A stretch of DNA of 58,381 nt, filler included, from Sphacelaria rigidula (Eukaryota): NCBI GenBank assembly GCA_964200075.2. It is 5 parts of 5 records of this genome, joined end to end, with 100 filler letters (N's around TTAATTAATTAA, not from the genome) between each part and the next. Parts side by side here need not be neighbours in the genome. Positions count along the whole stretch, not along the records: positions 35,092 to 46,686 come from CAXNAA020004733.1; positions 46,787 to 58,381 come from CAXNAA020004734.1; 3 more parts are not named here. One strand, 5' to 3'. Under the pieces are notes generated by a model. The model was not told the origin of the DNA. It searched no databases and saw only the letters and a program-made list of their open reading frames with translations. The translations under genes and the position numbers were made by a program. Shown here one piece after another: positions 38,652 to 50,100 of this stretch. Each line of letters starts with the position of its first letter. Position 1 is the stretch's first letter.

Positions 38652-39507
38652 AACATAACACGTCTGAGAAGAGGCGAGAGTAGACTGAGAAGAAGCGAGA
38701 CAGGAAAGACGAGAGAAAGACCAAGACAGACAGCGATGACAACAGTAGATGCGAGCTACTTGCGGATTTGACTACAGCCAGGCTCACCTTCTTGTCGCTC
38801 CTCGTTAGGCCGATTTTCTAGTCGGTCCAACCTTGTTATCTGACCTACCCGCTTTCCGGGTAAAACTTCACGTGACAACCCGATTGGAGTTCGCTCGTAG
38901 CAGGGCTGGTAGCGAAGAGTGAACTTCTTTACCTCCCTCGTACTCTTCAATGAGGGGAACCCGTACGCTCACCGTTTGTCCACATGGAAATCGAGATTAG
39001 TTCGGATCAATCGCGTGTCCGATTGCCGATAGCTCGTTGTTGAGATAGATTGCTCTGCTTTGCATCGCGCTTCCAATTTTCTTTTTTCATTTTCCTTTGT
39101 TGGGCTACTGCTTATGTATCGAAAAATATAACTTGTTGAAAAGTGTTTTTTTTACCCTTCTACGTCGTTTTCGCCCCGAAAAGAGGGCTCAGCGGATGTT
39201 GGCACCCTGGAATGACTTGCTCTACTCGCTGAGACCGTTCCAGAGCACCTTTGCATTTTCCGTAGGTCACAGTTTCGTTCTTGGCGAAGAACTAACTCAT
39301 TTATAATATCAAACGGTCAAGCTATCAAAAAATATAACTTGTTGAAAGGTGCTTCTTCGACCCTCCTCCGTCGTCTTTGCCCTGAAAAGAGCACCCGCCG
39401 TATTTACGCCAGCGCTGCCCAAAACCCGGAACCTGCCAGCAGTCTAGAACTAGTCCCACATCGAATTTTTGCAGACCCACCGGCCCTACCAACACTATTT
39501 TCGAATC

Positions 39508-40643
39508 CGCCCGTGCACAACAGAGCCGACACGCCATTCTTGAACCCACCCACCCACCCACCCGAAACAGAGCAGGCAAATAGGGCATGCCACAGAACGC
39601 ACAACCACAACACAGCTCACACGCACACATGCATGCATGCACAGACGAGCCATCACTAGCTAGCCGCAAAAGCAACAGCAGCAGCAGTACTGTAGCACGG
39701 AAACTGCCGTTGAGCTTATCGCACACGCTTCACGCGCCTAGCAGGCGACTGAACCATCACGTACTTTTGTGTGTTTGGATCCATTGTTGTGTGTTCGGAT
39801 CAAATGTTTGTAGTGAAGGTATATTCCAGAGACAATACAGGCAACTGAAGTACGCACTCTTGTGTGTCAAACTCAATTGTTGTGTGCTTGGATCAATTGT
39901 TTTTAGTATTTAGTACAGCGAGTGCCGCGTAGCATTGCCCCTAACCGCAGACAGTAAGCAGTAGTAGACAGTACCGTGCGCTATACAGACAATACTGTGC
40001 GGGACTGTGACATTTACTGCTCTGAAAGCCGTGCCGTGAGCACAAGTAACTTCTACCATCAGGACGACAGCAAATGGTTTGCTGATGTCGCCATCGAAAG
40101 GTTTTCAACACTGCTCTTATTGTCCTCGACCACCAACACACCAACACAGTGAACGCGGCGAAGGATAGAGAGACAACGGCGAACACGCCTGGAATATAAA
40201 ATATATCTTCACTACACGCATTTGATCCGAACACACAACAATTGATCCAAACACACGAGAGTACGTGACGATTCAGTTGCTTGCTAGGCACGTGAGCGTG
40301 GCGTGTAAGATAAGTTCATCGGCGGTCTCTGTACTACAGTGCTGCTGCTGCTATTGCTTTTTGCGGCTAGCTGGTGGTGGTTCGCCAGTGTATGTGTGCG
40401 TGTGAGCTGTGTTGTGGGTGCGCGCGCTGTGGCATGCCGCCTGCTCTGCTTGGGGTGGGTAGGTTCAAAAATGGTGTGCCAGCTTTGTTGTGCGCGGGCG
40501 TGAAGCGTGTGCGATAAGTTCAACGGCGGTCTCCGTACTACAGTACTGCTGCTGCTGCTGCTGCTTTTGCGGCTAGCGGTGGTTCGTCAGTGTATGTGTG
40601 CGTGTGAGCTGTGTTATGGGTGTGCGCGCTGCGGCATGCCCTA
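39508..40643. repeat. Large diverged inverted repeat (~320-bp arms) plus a tandem extra copy
   Basis: 39508-39828 is the diverged reverse complement of 40189-40500; ~40495-40643 repeats part of the right arm. Confidence 0.8.
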
Positions 40644-41549
40644 CCTCGAGGGCGTGTTCTTCCGTAGTAGAGCAGCAGCAGCAGCTGGACACTATTAATT
40701 TTGCGACAAGAGAACGTGTTCAGGTTCTAAAAAAACGCTGCAGAACTGCTGTGCTGTCTTGTGTTCAGGGTAGTACACTGTACTCCATATAACGCTACAG
40801 AATTTTGTTCTGTTCAGTACAGTACCGTGTACTCCAGTAATGGGGTCACGTTTTGAGCAGTTCTTGAAAAATTCTGCTTGTTTTTTTAAAAGTTCTCGAA
40901 ACGTTCTGCTTGTTTTTTTTGTCACAGAAATCCAATGCCGAATCTGGAATAGCCTGAGACAACCAACCAATTTGAAAATTGGAATGCCCCCAGAAAGATC
41001 GGGTTGATGTGAGGCGGTGAAGGTCGATCACGTACTTCAACACCCCCTTCACTTCAACTACGGAAGGGGTCAGCACGCGCAAGCGGATACAAAGAAGAAA
41101 GCAGCAATAAAGCTGAACCTTCTTGAGGGTGTGTCAAGTGATTCGGAGAGCCGGTTGCTGCGTGTGATGCCTCCAACCTCCAATAGTGCCTCGATTGAGG
41201 TTGCGACAGTCAAGTCTGGCAAGTTTAACCAAGGCTCACTCTACTCGAAAGGGGTCAAATAGGGCATGTTCTCGAGTGCGCCCAGAGACAGGAGCGAAAC
41301 ATAACGCCATCAATATCAATGAAGCTGAAACTTGTTGAGGGCGGGTCGACTGGTGTTAGAAGAGCGTTGGGATGGTTTCTTCGCGCAGCGCGACTTCGAA
41401 TCAATTTCGGATTCAAAAGTGCGTGGTTCGGAGCTTCGTAATGAGGTCCAGATGGATAGGATAGAAGGGGACAGGACGGACAATTTTGAAATTCGAATCA
41501 GTAGGAGCCTTGTCAGCCCTAAGGGCCTCAAAGGAATACCCAAGTGATA

Positions 41550-41745
41550 CTACATCACTCAAGTATCACTGAGAGTGCTTACTCAAATATTTGAGTAGAG
41601 TATTTGAGGTCGTACTCGATCGACTCAAAATTTGAGTAGAGTATTTGGGGCCGTACTCAACGTACTCAAACTTCGAGTAGAGTAAATACTCGAATATTTT
41701 ACTCCAGTACTCAAAAGTGCATCCTTTACTCGACCTGCACTTGAA
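41550..41745. mobile_element. Probable MITE/transposon end rich in TACTC(G/A)A and TGAGTA motifs
   Basis: About a dozen TACTC/GAGTA motifs in both orientations within 190 bp. Confidence 0.5.
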
Positions 41746-41889
41746 ACGTTGTTCACTGCCGCACCGCGTCGACTCTCATCGAACAATTTTCGCTACTCGC
41801 GTCCTTATTATTTCAGATACGTAAATCAGAAACTTGTCAAAGGTGGAGTGATGCTACGGTAGGGTTGCACTTTTTGGGCGAAAATGTTT

Positions 41890-42165
41890 CTCGGGGTGTT
41901 TTTTTTCTCCCCCTCACACTTTGAACCCCTCCCCTTCCCCGGGATGAGTCCGTGGTCTCAAGAGATCAACTCATCTCTCCCTCGGTACGTACCTTTTATT
42001 TTGGCCTCGCGGATTGGGTCAGCACTCCCGCAACGCGTCAACTCACGTCACACAAACCTAGTCGACTATTTTGTTTACTCACGTTCTCACGCTTTCCCCG
42101 GTAGAAACTATACATTACGAAGAAAAAACCCAACGCATCGGGAATCGAACCCCTAAGTTGTAAGC
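41890..42165 (-). mobile_element. Probable tRNA-derived SINE remnant
   Basis: Minus-strand B-box-like GGTTCGATTCCCG at ~42139-42152 followed by a non-tRNA body; no cloverleaf. Confidence 0.4.
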
Positions 42166-42684
42166 ATCATTTCGAGAATCGGCATCATTTTCACTTGTTC
42201 AAGACTGAAAATGATGCCGATCAACGAAAAGGCCCCTGTGTGCATCTCCATGTCCTGTCTCCGGAGATTTGGGTACAGTAAGCCCCATATATTTGGGCTC
42301 CTACAAAAACGAGACCCAGAAACAAAAAGTGCAACCCCTATCGTAGCATTGGCCAATACGGTTCCACCGGGATTTGAACGTTGATCCCTCGTCCCAACCG
42401 ATTTCACAGGAATCAGATGAATCACTGGGAGAAGGAGGTGTGAGCTATGGCCACAACTGCATCTCTCCCCCCACGCCAAGCTGCGGAGGGTATCGAAGAA
42501 AGCAGGAACATGCCAGTTTAACTCGATATGCGGAAAATAAACCAGCACAATTAGCATGCAACAGAAACCAGTGAAAATATCTCGCAGTCACCCGTGAATT
42601 CACGAAGATGGCTGGGCAGCCTCCACCTCCCCCAGCTGGGATCAATACGCAGCAGCAACGAACAACCCGGGAACAACAAAATTG

Positions 42685-42716
<32 letters not shown>

Positions 42717-42826
42717 TATATATATATTGGTGAGATTGCGCGAAATCATGACATCTGCACAAGACCGATACAGTGGAACAGCGCTTTGCCGAACATCAGC
42801 TGGTACGAGGGAGTGCACGGGCACTC

Positions 42827-44923
42827 TCATGAAGCTACCTCTCTCGCTGGCAAGATGAGGGCGCGGACACGATGACGAGAAGGAGCAGACACATCCATTT
42901 CCGATTTCACGTCTGTTTCTTTGTCTTCGGACACCACATCACCCCCCGCTGTCCCATCAAGTAGCAGCTCCACCTGCGGCGTGCGGCGCAGCCGCTTTGT
43001 GTTCTTTCCTTCTGCGATTCTACTACCGCAGCTTCTACGTAAAGCAGTAATGCTGGAGCCGCCGTTGCTCATGCTGTCACAACTGCTGGATCGCGCTGTA
43101 ACCGGTTCGCCGCCATGTCCCATTTCCCTGAAAACTCGCGCAGGCGCCACAATCGTCCCCATTTCCATTTTCATGCGCGTCTCTCCCCGACCTAAAGGAA
43201 TCCTATCTGCTGCCGCCGCGCCAGGGGATTGTCTCGAGGCGGCAGGTGGTGTGGTCGAAGACCTCGTGTCCCGTCGCCTTGCACAGATGGCACGGGAGCT
43301 TCGACGGGAATGAGTGTTACGACCACCATCGTTTGCGTTGGGATCCGCATTCGATGAATCGCTGGGATATTCACCACGTTTATCGGTTCCGACACCAGTC
43401 TCTCCCACGGCCGAGTCATCGTTCACGCGGATTTTTGTTTCGACGTGCCCTACTGCATCGGACGACATGGCCAGGCTATGTGCAGCATGACTGCAGGTAT
43501 TACCGTTCTCCTGCACCCGATTGGAACAACGCTGCAAGGCACATCCATTGCTGCTCGTGGAAATCATCCCTGCGGGAGCATCTTGGACGCGAAACTCCGC
43601 CTTCTTGCCACTGGCTGCACCGAACGATGCTCGAACGGAGCAGTCCTTATTGCGGAGCCGGCTATTTTTTACATCGACCATACCCGCCGGGGCGTGTGTT
43701 GCGCAGAACTCCGTCTTCCTGCTACCGGCTGCGCCCAACGATGCTTGTGTGGAGCAGCCCTCCTCGCCGCACCGCTTGCTTACTACATCGACCATGCCCG
43801 CCGGGGCGTGTGTTGCGCAGAATTCTGCCTTCCTGCCACCAGCTGCGCCGAACGATAGTCTTTTGAAGCAGCCCTCCTTGCCGCACCGCTTGCCTCGCAC
43901 GTCAACCATACCCGCTCGAGCGTGTGTGGCGCAGAACTCCGCTTTCCCGCCACCGGCTACACCGAACGATGGTCGCTTGGAGCAGCCTTCCTTGCCGCAC
44001 TGCTTGCTCACTACATTGACCATGCCCATCGTGGCGTGTGTAGCGCAGAACTGCGCTTTCCCGCCACCGGCTACACCGAACGACGGTCGCTTGGAGCAGC
44101 CTTCTTTGCCGCGTCGCTTCCTTCTCGTGCGTACTATGCCCGCTTGGGCGTGTTCGACGCAAAGTTCCCCAGTGATGAAACCGGCTACACCGAACGATGC
44201 TCGAACGGAGCAGTCCTTATTGCGGAGCCGGCTATTATTTACATCGACCATACCCGCCGGGGCGTGTGTTGCGCAGAACTCCGTCTTCCTGCTACCGGCT
44301 GCACCCAACGATGCTTGTGTGGAGCAGCCCTTCTTGCCGCACCGCTTGCTTACTACATCGACCATGCCCGCCGGGGTGTGTGTGGCGCAGAACTCCGCCT
44401 TCCTGCCACCGGCTGCGCCGAACGACGGTTGTGTGAAGCAGCCCTCCTTGCCGCACCGCTTGCTTACTACATTGACCATTCCCGCCGGGGTGTGAGTAGC
44501 GTAGAACTCCGCTTTTCCGCCACCTGCTACACCGAACGATGGTCGCTTGGAGCAGCCTTCCTTGCCGCACCGCTTGCTGACTACATCAACCATGCCCATC
44601 GTGGCGTGAGTGGCGCAGAACTCCGCTTTCCCGTCACCGGCTACACCGAACGACGGTCGCTTGGAGCAGCCTTTCTTGCCGCACCGCTTGCTGACTACAT
44701 TGACCATTCCCGCCGGGGCGTGAGTTGCGCAGAACTCCGCTTCCCCGCCACCGGCTACACCGAACGACGGTCGCTTGGAGCAGCCCTCCTTGCAGCACCG
44801 CTTGTTTTTCACCTCAACCATGCCCACCAGGGCGTGTATGGCGCAGAACTCCGGTTCGCTGGTACCCGGTAAGGCATGTGATGCGCATCTGGTGCAATCC
44901 ATGCGGGTGCATCCAACAGGCAT
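42827..44923 (-). CDS. EsV-1-7-type cysteine-rich repeat protein (putative C-C-C-H zinc-binding repeats)
   Basis: Intronless ~698-aa ORF (first ATG at 44923). Twelve 38-aa repeats with consensus CGKEGCSKRPSFGVAGGGKAEFCATHAPAGMVDVVSKR, characteristic of the EsV-1-7 family, then a ~230-aa low-complexity tail. Confidence 0.92.
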   Translation of the reverse strand: MPVGCTRMDCTRCASHALPGTSEPEFCAIHALVGMVEVKNKRCCKEGCSKRPSFGVAGGGEAEFCATHAPAGMVNVVSKRCGKKGCSKRPSFGVAGDGKAEFCATHATMGMVDVVSKRCGKEGCSKRPSFGVAGGGKAEFYATHTPAGMVNVVSKRCGKEGCFTQPSFGAAGGRKAEFCATHTPAGMVDVVSKRCGKKGCSTQASLGAAGSRKTEFCATHAPAGMVDVNNSRLRNKDCSVRASFGVAGFITGELCVEHAQAGIVRTRRKRRGKEGCSKRPSFGVAGGGKAQFCATHATMGMVNVVSKQCGKEGCSKRPSFGVAGGGKAEFCATHARAGMVDVRGKRCGKEGCFKRLSFGAAGGRKAEFCATHAPAGMVDVVSKRCGEEGCSTQASLGAAGSRKTEFCATHAPAGMVDVKNSRLRNKDCSVRASFGAASGKKAEFRVQDAPAGMISTSSNGCALQRCSNRVQENGNTCSHAAHSLAMSSDAVGHVETKIRVNDDSAVGETGVGTDKRGEYPSDSSNADPNANDGGRNTHSRRSSRAICARRRDTRSSTTPPAASRQSPGAAAADRIPLGRGETRMKMEMGTIVAPARVFREMGHGGEPVTARSSSCDSMSNGGSSITALRRSCGSRIAEGKNTKRLRRTPQVELLLDGTAGGDVVSEDKETDVKSEMDVSAPSRHRVRALILPAREVAS

Positions 44924-47142
44924 CTCCTTCACGAGTATACTAGAGAAGGGGTCAAGGCCGCGGTAGTGCCGCTAGTGCTGATGTTGCTGCTGCGGCTGCT
45001 GCTGCGATCCGCACGGTCACACCCGCTCACGAAGACCAGCTCACCATTCCGGCCGGAGCCTGCACCAATCAACCAGGAAAGATAAACATACATCGGATCC
45101 CCGTGAGATACGCAAACCGCCATAGGATCTTGGGCGCAACTGGGCACGTCGACTGGAGTGTAACGACGACTTAACGATGGAGTCAGCAGGCGACAAGGAT
45201 AGCTGATTCAGCAATGTAGTTGCAGGGGCGGTGGCGCCTTCTCGATAAACAACGCAGTGCCGATACTGTTATTGCGGCACGGCGGGACGACTGAACACAG
45301 GAAAGGGTATTGAACTCCCAACATGCACAGACATATATACTGCCGAGGTCGCTGGTATGTTTCCTCTACCGAATCCATTTGCTCAAAACATGAGGCGCCA
45401 ACGACTACTCTGCTCTGTTAGCCTCACATCGGGGGATATACGGGCTTGACAGTCAGTTCATGTGAGTGATATCCGTCAGCGATAAGCGATTGGCGCCGGA
45501 GGTCCATACCAGGCGGGTGATGATGTTCAAGTGTGTACTTTAGAATACACCGACTCATCACGTGTTCAGCGCACTGTCATGCACTTTTGCAGAACACCAT
45601 CCTATCCTGTGCGGGCCAGCAAAGGGAGCTCCACACACTGAGTGCGGTGACGGTGGGCTCTTGCAGGGGGAATGTGGATGCCACTGAACCCGCCATACGG
45701 AACTCGCCCAGCGGCATGATAGCAGAGGGCTGTGTTGAAATAGCAGCCCTTGTCGCCACCTGGTTCGTAGAGCTACCGATTGAATGAGGGAGGTTTGTTG
45801 AATGCATCCCTCTCGGAGATTGGTGACACTACGATGCTGCCCCCTTGTCTGGAGAACGTACGTAAACAGATACAGGCTGGTTCGGGATAAATGTTAGAAT
45901 CCACTCCCCACTAGATCCATGACCCAAAACCAGCCCGATAGAAAACATACTTTGTATCATGGTGACCCCCACGAGCACGCGAACAGTGTGACATGGCCAT
46001 TTTTTTCTTGCGCCCTTTGCGGCGGCGCTAGTAGCAAATATTCCTCGCCAACCAGAGACGTTCCAATTGTTCTGATATCAGAAAAGAGTATTCTCGACAC
46101 AAGTTGTACCCGATCTCATTATGAATCACACCTTAGTAACAGCCATTAGCTAGAAAACCCAACACAAGAAACAGACTTTAGAACGTTCTGTATGGGATTG
46201 AGTTGTACCCCAAACCGTGATATTTTGGTGACGTGGGGTTTTAGCGTCGCCGGATATCTAGTGATATTATGCATCTCAAAATCTAGCAAGCCCTTATACC
46301 TGTCGTGAATAAGGTTAAAGCATCTTCAAACTCAACCCTATGGTGAATATGATGGTTCAAACGGGAAAAAGTGGTTGAAACATGTTTTAAAGTGTATCCA
46401 CTCTGCACCGGCTGCCGGGGGTTCTGGAAGACCCCCGGAAGCCAGTATAGAACGCCTAAAACAAAACATGGTTTTCTTCGCCCCCAGGTATTCCAAGGGA
46501 TGCTTGTACAGGCTGGGCCAGTAGTAAGTGCCGCATTTGCGTCTCCAACCATAACTCGTCAAGCTTACCAAATCAGCTCTACTTGAGCATATCGCTGCGA
46601 AGTGCAAACCGACCTGGTAATGCACGGCACCGCCGCTGGTCGATTGGCGAGGTTTTGGCGATGATTTTGTTGTACTGCATTGAGTANNNNNNNNNNNNNN
46701 NNNNNNNNNNNNNNNNNNNNNNNNNNNNNNTTAATTAATTAANNNNNNNNNNNNNNNNNNNNNNNNNNNNNNNNNNNNNNNNNNNNCCCAACTCGTCTGT
46801 GTCGATGAGATATTGCTTTTGGAGCTTAAATCCGTTTTTAGGCTGGCCCAGCTCGTGCGTCTATCATGTAGATATGACCACGACTGGATCATGTCTCCTC
46901 GGGGATCAGTGAAAGTGTGACGATCAATCAATCAACCAATCAATATTTCAGTCAACCATGTCGACTTCTACGCCTGACTTGCAGCCCGTATTTCAGCGTC
47001 ATGCAAGCGGTTTGACCCCTACAGATAACCGGACAGCATCGATAGAACAAAGATCGAAATCGAAAGTCCCATCGTGCTGTGCGCAATACTTGTATGATAG
47101 GTTCGTACGTTGGGAGGCCGGTTATCCTTTCTTCTGAACAAG

Positions 47143-50100
47143 ATGCAGTCCGACGAGGAGAGCAGAGTGATTCTCAAGGAAGAGGCCAAAAAGACGGAGG
47201 CACAGGTAAAGTCGAAGACCAGCTCATATTGGTTCCATGGTCCTCACGCGTCTGGATCGTTGTCATGTCTTGGTAGCGTAACAATGGGTCTGACACATCG
47301 TCCCAGCCTCCTCCAGGTAGACGCTTTCTGAAAAGCCCCGCAAAACCCTGCTCTTATGACGTTTATTTGGTGTGTGTGAGGATATAAGGTAATGTAATTT
47401 ATTTATTTTCTGCTTATTAAGCGCTTGTGTTGTTCCGTCCCTCGTGCACACTGGATTTGGTGGTGAAATAATTGATCACATGCTTGTCCGGTAAAACGAT
47501 GTTTTCATGGTCGAGCAGGGGTATTTACGTCGTGTCGCGACTCTCGCCTTGAAGTAACATGCAAATTCGGCCTCCGATAACTTTAGCAGATATGATGTCC
47601 AAGAGAGCACAAGCAGCAAAAGACGATGTGATTCCGCATATGGCACCCCAAAACAACAGTCGGCTGCCAGATTTTACAAATAAGCATATACGGCTGTCTG
47701 CTTGGTTGTTTGGCACGCCTCAGCGTCGACTGTTCTGCCTTCGATCCCCGAAACAGCACAGATCTTTCCCGACCTTGACAGCCGCGGACGTAGTGGCACG
47801 GATGCCGCATACCCTTTCCCATCCATATCTCCTTATTCGGGTTGCAACCCTTGACTCCCCTCAGGTGAAATCTCTCACTGCAAGGGCGGAAGAACTGCAG
47901 CTGAAGCTGGAGGAGGCCGGGGAGAGCAATCGCATTATCACGCAGGCGGTGCGACTCAAGCAGGACGAGGTGGACCAGCTCACCGTTATAAACAACGCTG
48001 TCAATCGACAATTGAAGGCAAGAGAGAAGTCGCCTCGAAGAGGCACCAGTACACGACCAACCTCGGGGTGGACTGTTGAGCAAGGAAGGGCGAGCAAGAA
48101 TCGCCGAGGGTCGAGATTTCCTCCCCTTCCGTCGCATTTATTCGGAAATGATTGCTTTATTTGCGGGGGAGGTGTATCCGGGCGTATCCGAAGGCGTATC
48201 TTACGGTGGACTAGGCAAACCGGCGCTCACGCGATGGCCTTTCTGATGTCGTGCGATTTGGCATGTTTCGCACTCGGCTCGCTTTTTTCGTCTTGCTAGA
48301 GATCACTCCTGTAGAGTACCTCTAGCAAAATAGAGTTTGGCACTCTGGAATTCCACCCGCAACATTGAACAACGAAGCAAACCTCCCTCATTGTTGTGGC
48401 GCCGAGAAACCTCCCAATCGCCGTCTCCATCACCCCTGCGCGCCTGCATCATAGTTCCACTAGCTGAATCGCTCGTTCCGCACGTCGACTACACTATTGG
48501 CCCCGTGCGCACCTTCACCAAACATTTATTACCTGAACACCGCGCTTCACATGGCTACCGAACCCATGTGCAGGCAAAAGACCCTGTAGCCGCAATGCTC
48601 GAGGAAGCTCATCCCGAGGTAGACAGCACCGGAACGGACGGGGAGGATGGGGCTGGAAATGGGAGGGCAGGGGCGGGCGGTGGGGAGACGAGAGATATTG
48701 ACGCGGTTCGGGGCAGCGGAGGACGAGGGGTCTTTTACGTTGCGTCTAGACCGGCCCAGGTGAGCATCCCCTGACGCATTATTGATGCTGCACTGTCAAA
48801 TATTCAACGTAACGTATACTAAATGGTAGGCATGTCGAGAAAGCTAATGCAATGCGGGTGACGCGAATAAAGACAGCTGGTAGTGAGACGTGTAAAGCGG
48901 TCGAAAATATGCTTGATATACAGTCGTCGACGATCGAAATACGCTCTTCATGTGGTTGCAGGTTGTATCGGAGGCGTTCCCAAGCTGGCCGCAGCATTGT
49001 GCCAATTTGGACTAAATATTGTACCCACAAGTCAGTATCCTATCATCACTAGGACGACCTCAACACCGGATACCCCTTCTCCTTTTGCTCTTAATGTCAA
49101 AAGGGACTTTTATTGGTCAAGGCGAAGCGAGCGGCGGATCGCGAGTGGCTGGATGGACGCGAGGTCAACGACTTTTTGAAACGGGCGCAAAAGACACCTC
49201 GATTCAAGGAGCTCGTTGTTGAGAAGATTTGTCAGGTGACGGTGGTAAGGAGGTGGTATGATTTTTTTCGGGGGGGCCGCGGGATGACGGCGAGGGAAAG
49301 CACAAATGCGGTTGACCGCCTCGCGCAATGAACGCCCTTACGTACGCAGGAGACACCCTACAGCCGTTCCTAAATATCCTTACATCGAAAGTAGCAAGAC
49401 TCTGTAGCCGCGAAGCGCAAGACAATTGGTTGCGTGGTGATGAATGGCGACCGACGGGAGGTCAATGTCAGCCTTCATTAGCCCAATGGTCAGACGAATC
49501 ATCGCTGCTTTCAATGACAAACGTACGATTTCTGAGGTCTGATTGCACGAAGTAGGAGCAAAAAGGTTGACCGCGGGTAAAAGAAATCTCGCAGGCATTT
49601 TTTACGCTTTTTCATGTGCCCGGGGTGCGCACACCTGGGGGTGCAACGCTGAAAACAAAGCCCAAGAATCGATTCCCATGGTACGAATCAATTGCACAAA
49701 ATGTAAGTCATTTTCAGACAAATGACTACTCGTCCAACCCTTAGTCGCATTGGTCACACGGGAAATATGGTTGCCCACATCGTGTTTGCTTTCTCGATAT
49801 CTACGTGGGGTACAGATGTACGCGCTCCTGCTGGTGGAGGAGGAGGACAGGAAGTTGAAGGAGGTTGAGCTTGGAGGCCGAGCCGAGCGATTGGACTTAA
49901 TGTGCAGGAAAAATGCTTATCTTCAGGATAAGGTGTGGTGCAACCAAGCAAAAGTGTGCATACATACGAGCGTAGGCGAGACCACCGCCTTTGACACCCC
50001 ATGGTACATATTTAGGGCTTTGCCGTGATCGATGTACTTTTTGTGCGTTTGTTGTGCGAAACGGAGTTAGTGGGAGCACCAACTTATACATCGTCAATAA

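Noticed and set aside
41017..41547. Coding-like plus-strand fragments (81 and 71 aa)
   Set aside because: Interrupted by stops, with no motif or convincing splice chain; cannot be assigned.
42125..42165. tRNA-like T-arm (GGTTCGATTCCC) on the minus strand
   Set aside because: No acceptor, D or anticodon stems can be folded; better explained as a SINE head.
43246..44872. Long plus-strand ORFs (324, 316 and 206 aa) with repeats
   Set aside because: Antisense shadows of the GC-rich EsV-1-7 repeat gene.
43560..44915. Regular 114-bp periodicity resembling a CRISPR or satellite array
   Set aside because: No unique spacers; units are in-frame 38-codon protein repeats with no cas genes nearby.
42827..44923. 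Endogenous phaeovirus (EsV-1 provirus) interpretation
   Set aside because: No other viral genes or gene-dense intronless block; neighbours are spliced host genes and TEs, and EsV-1-7 repeat genes are a known host family.
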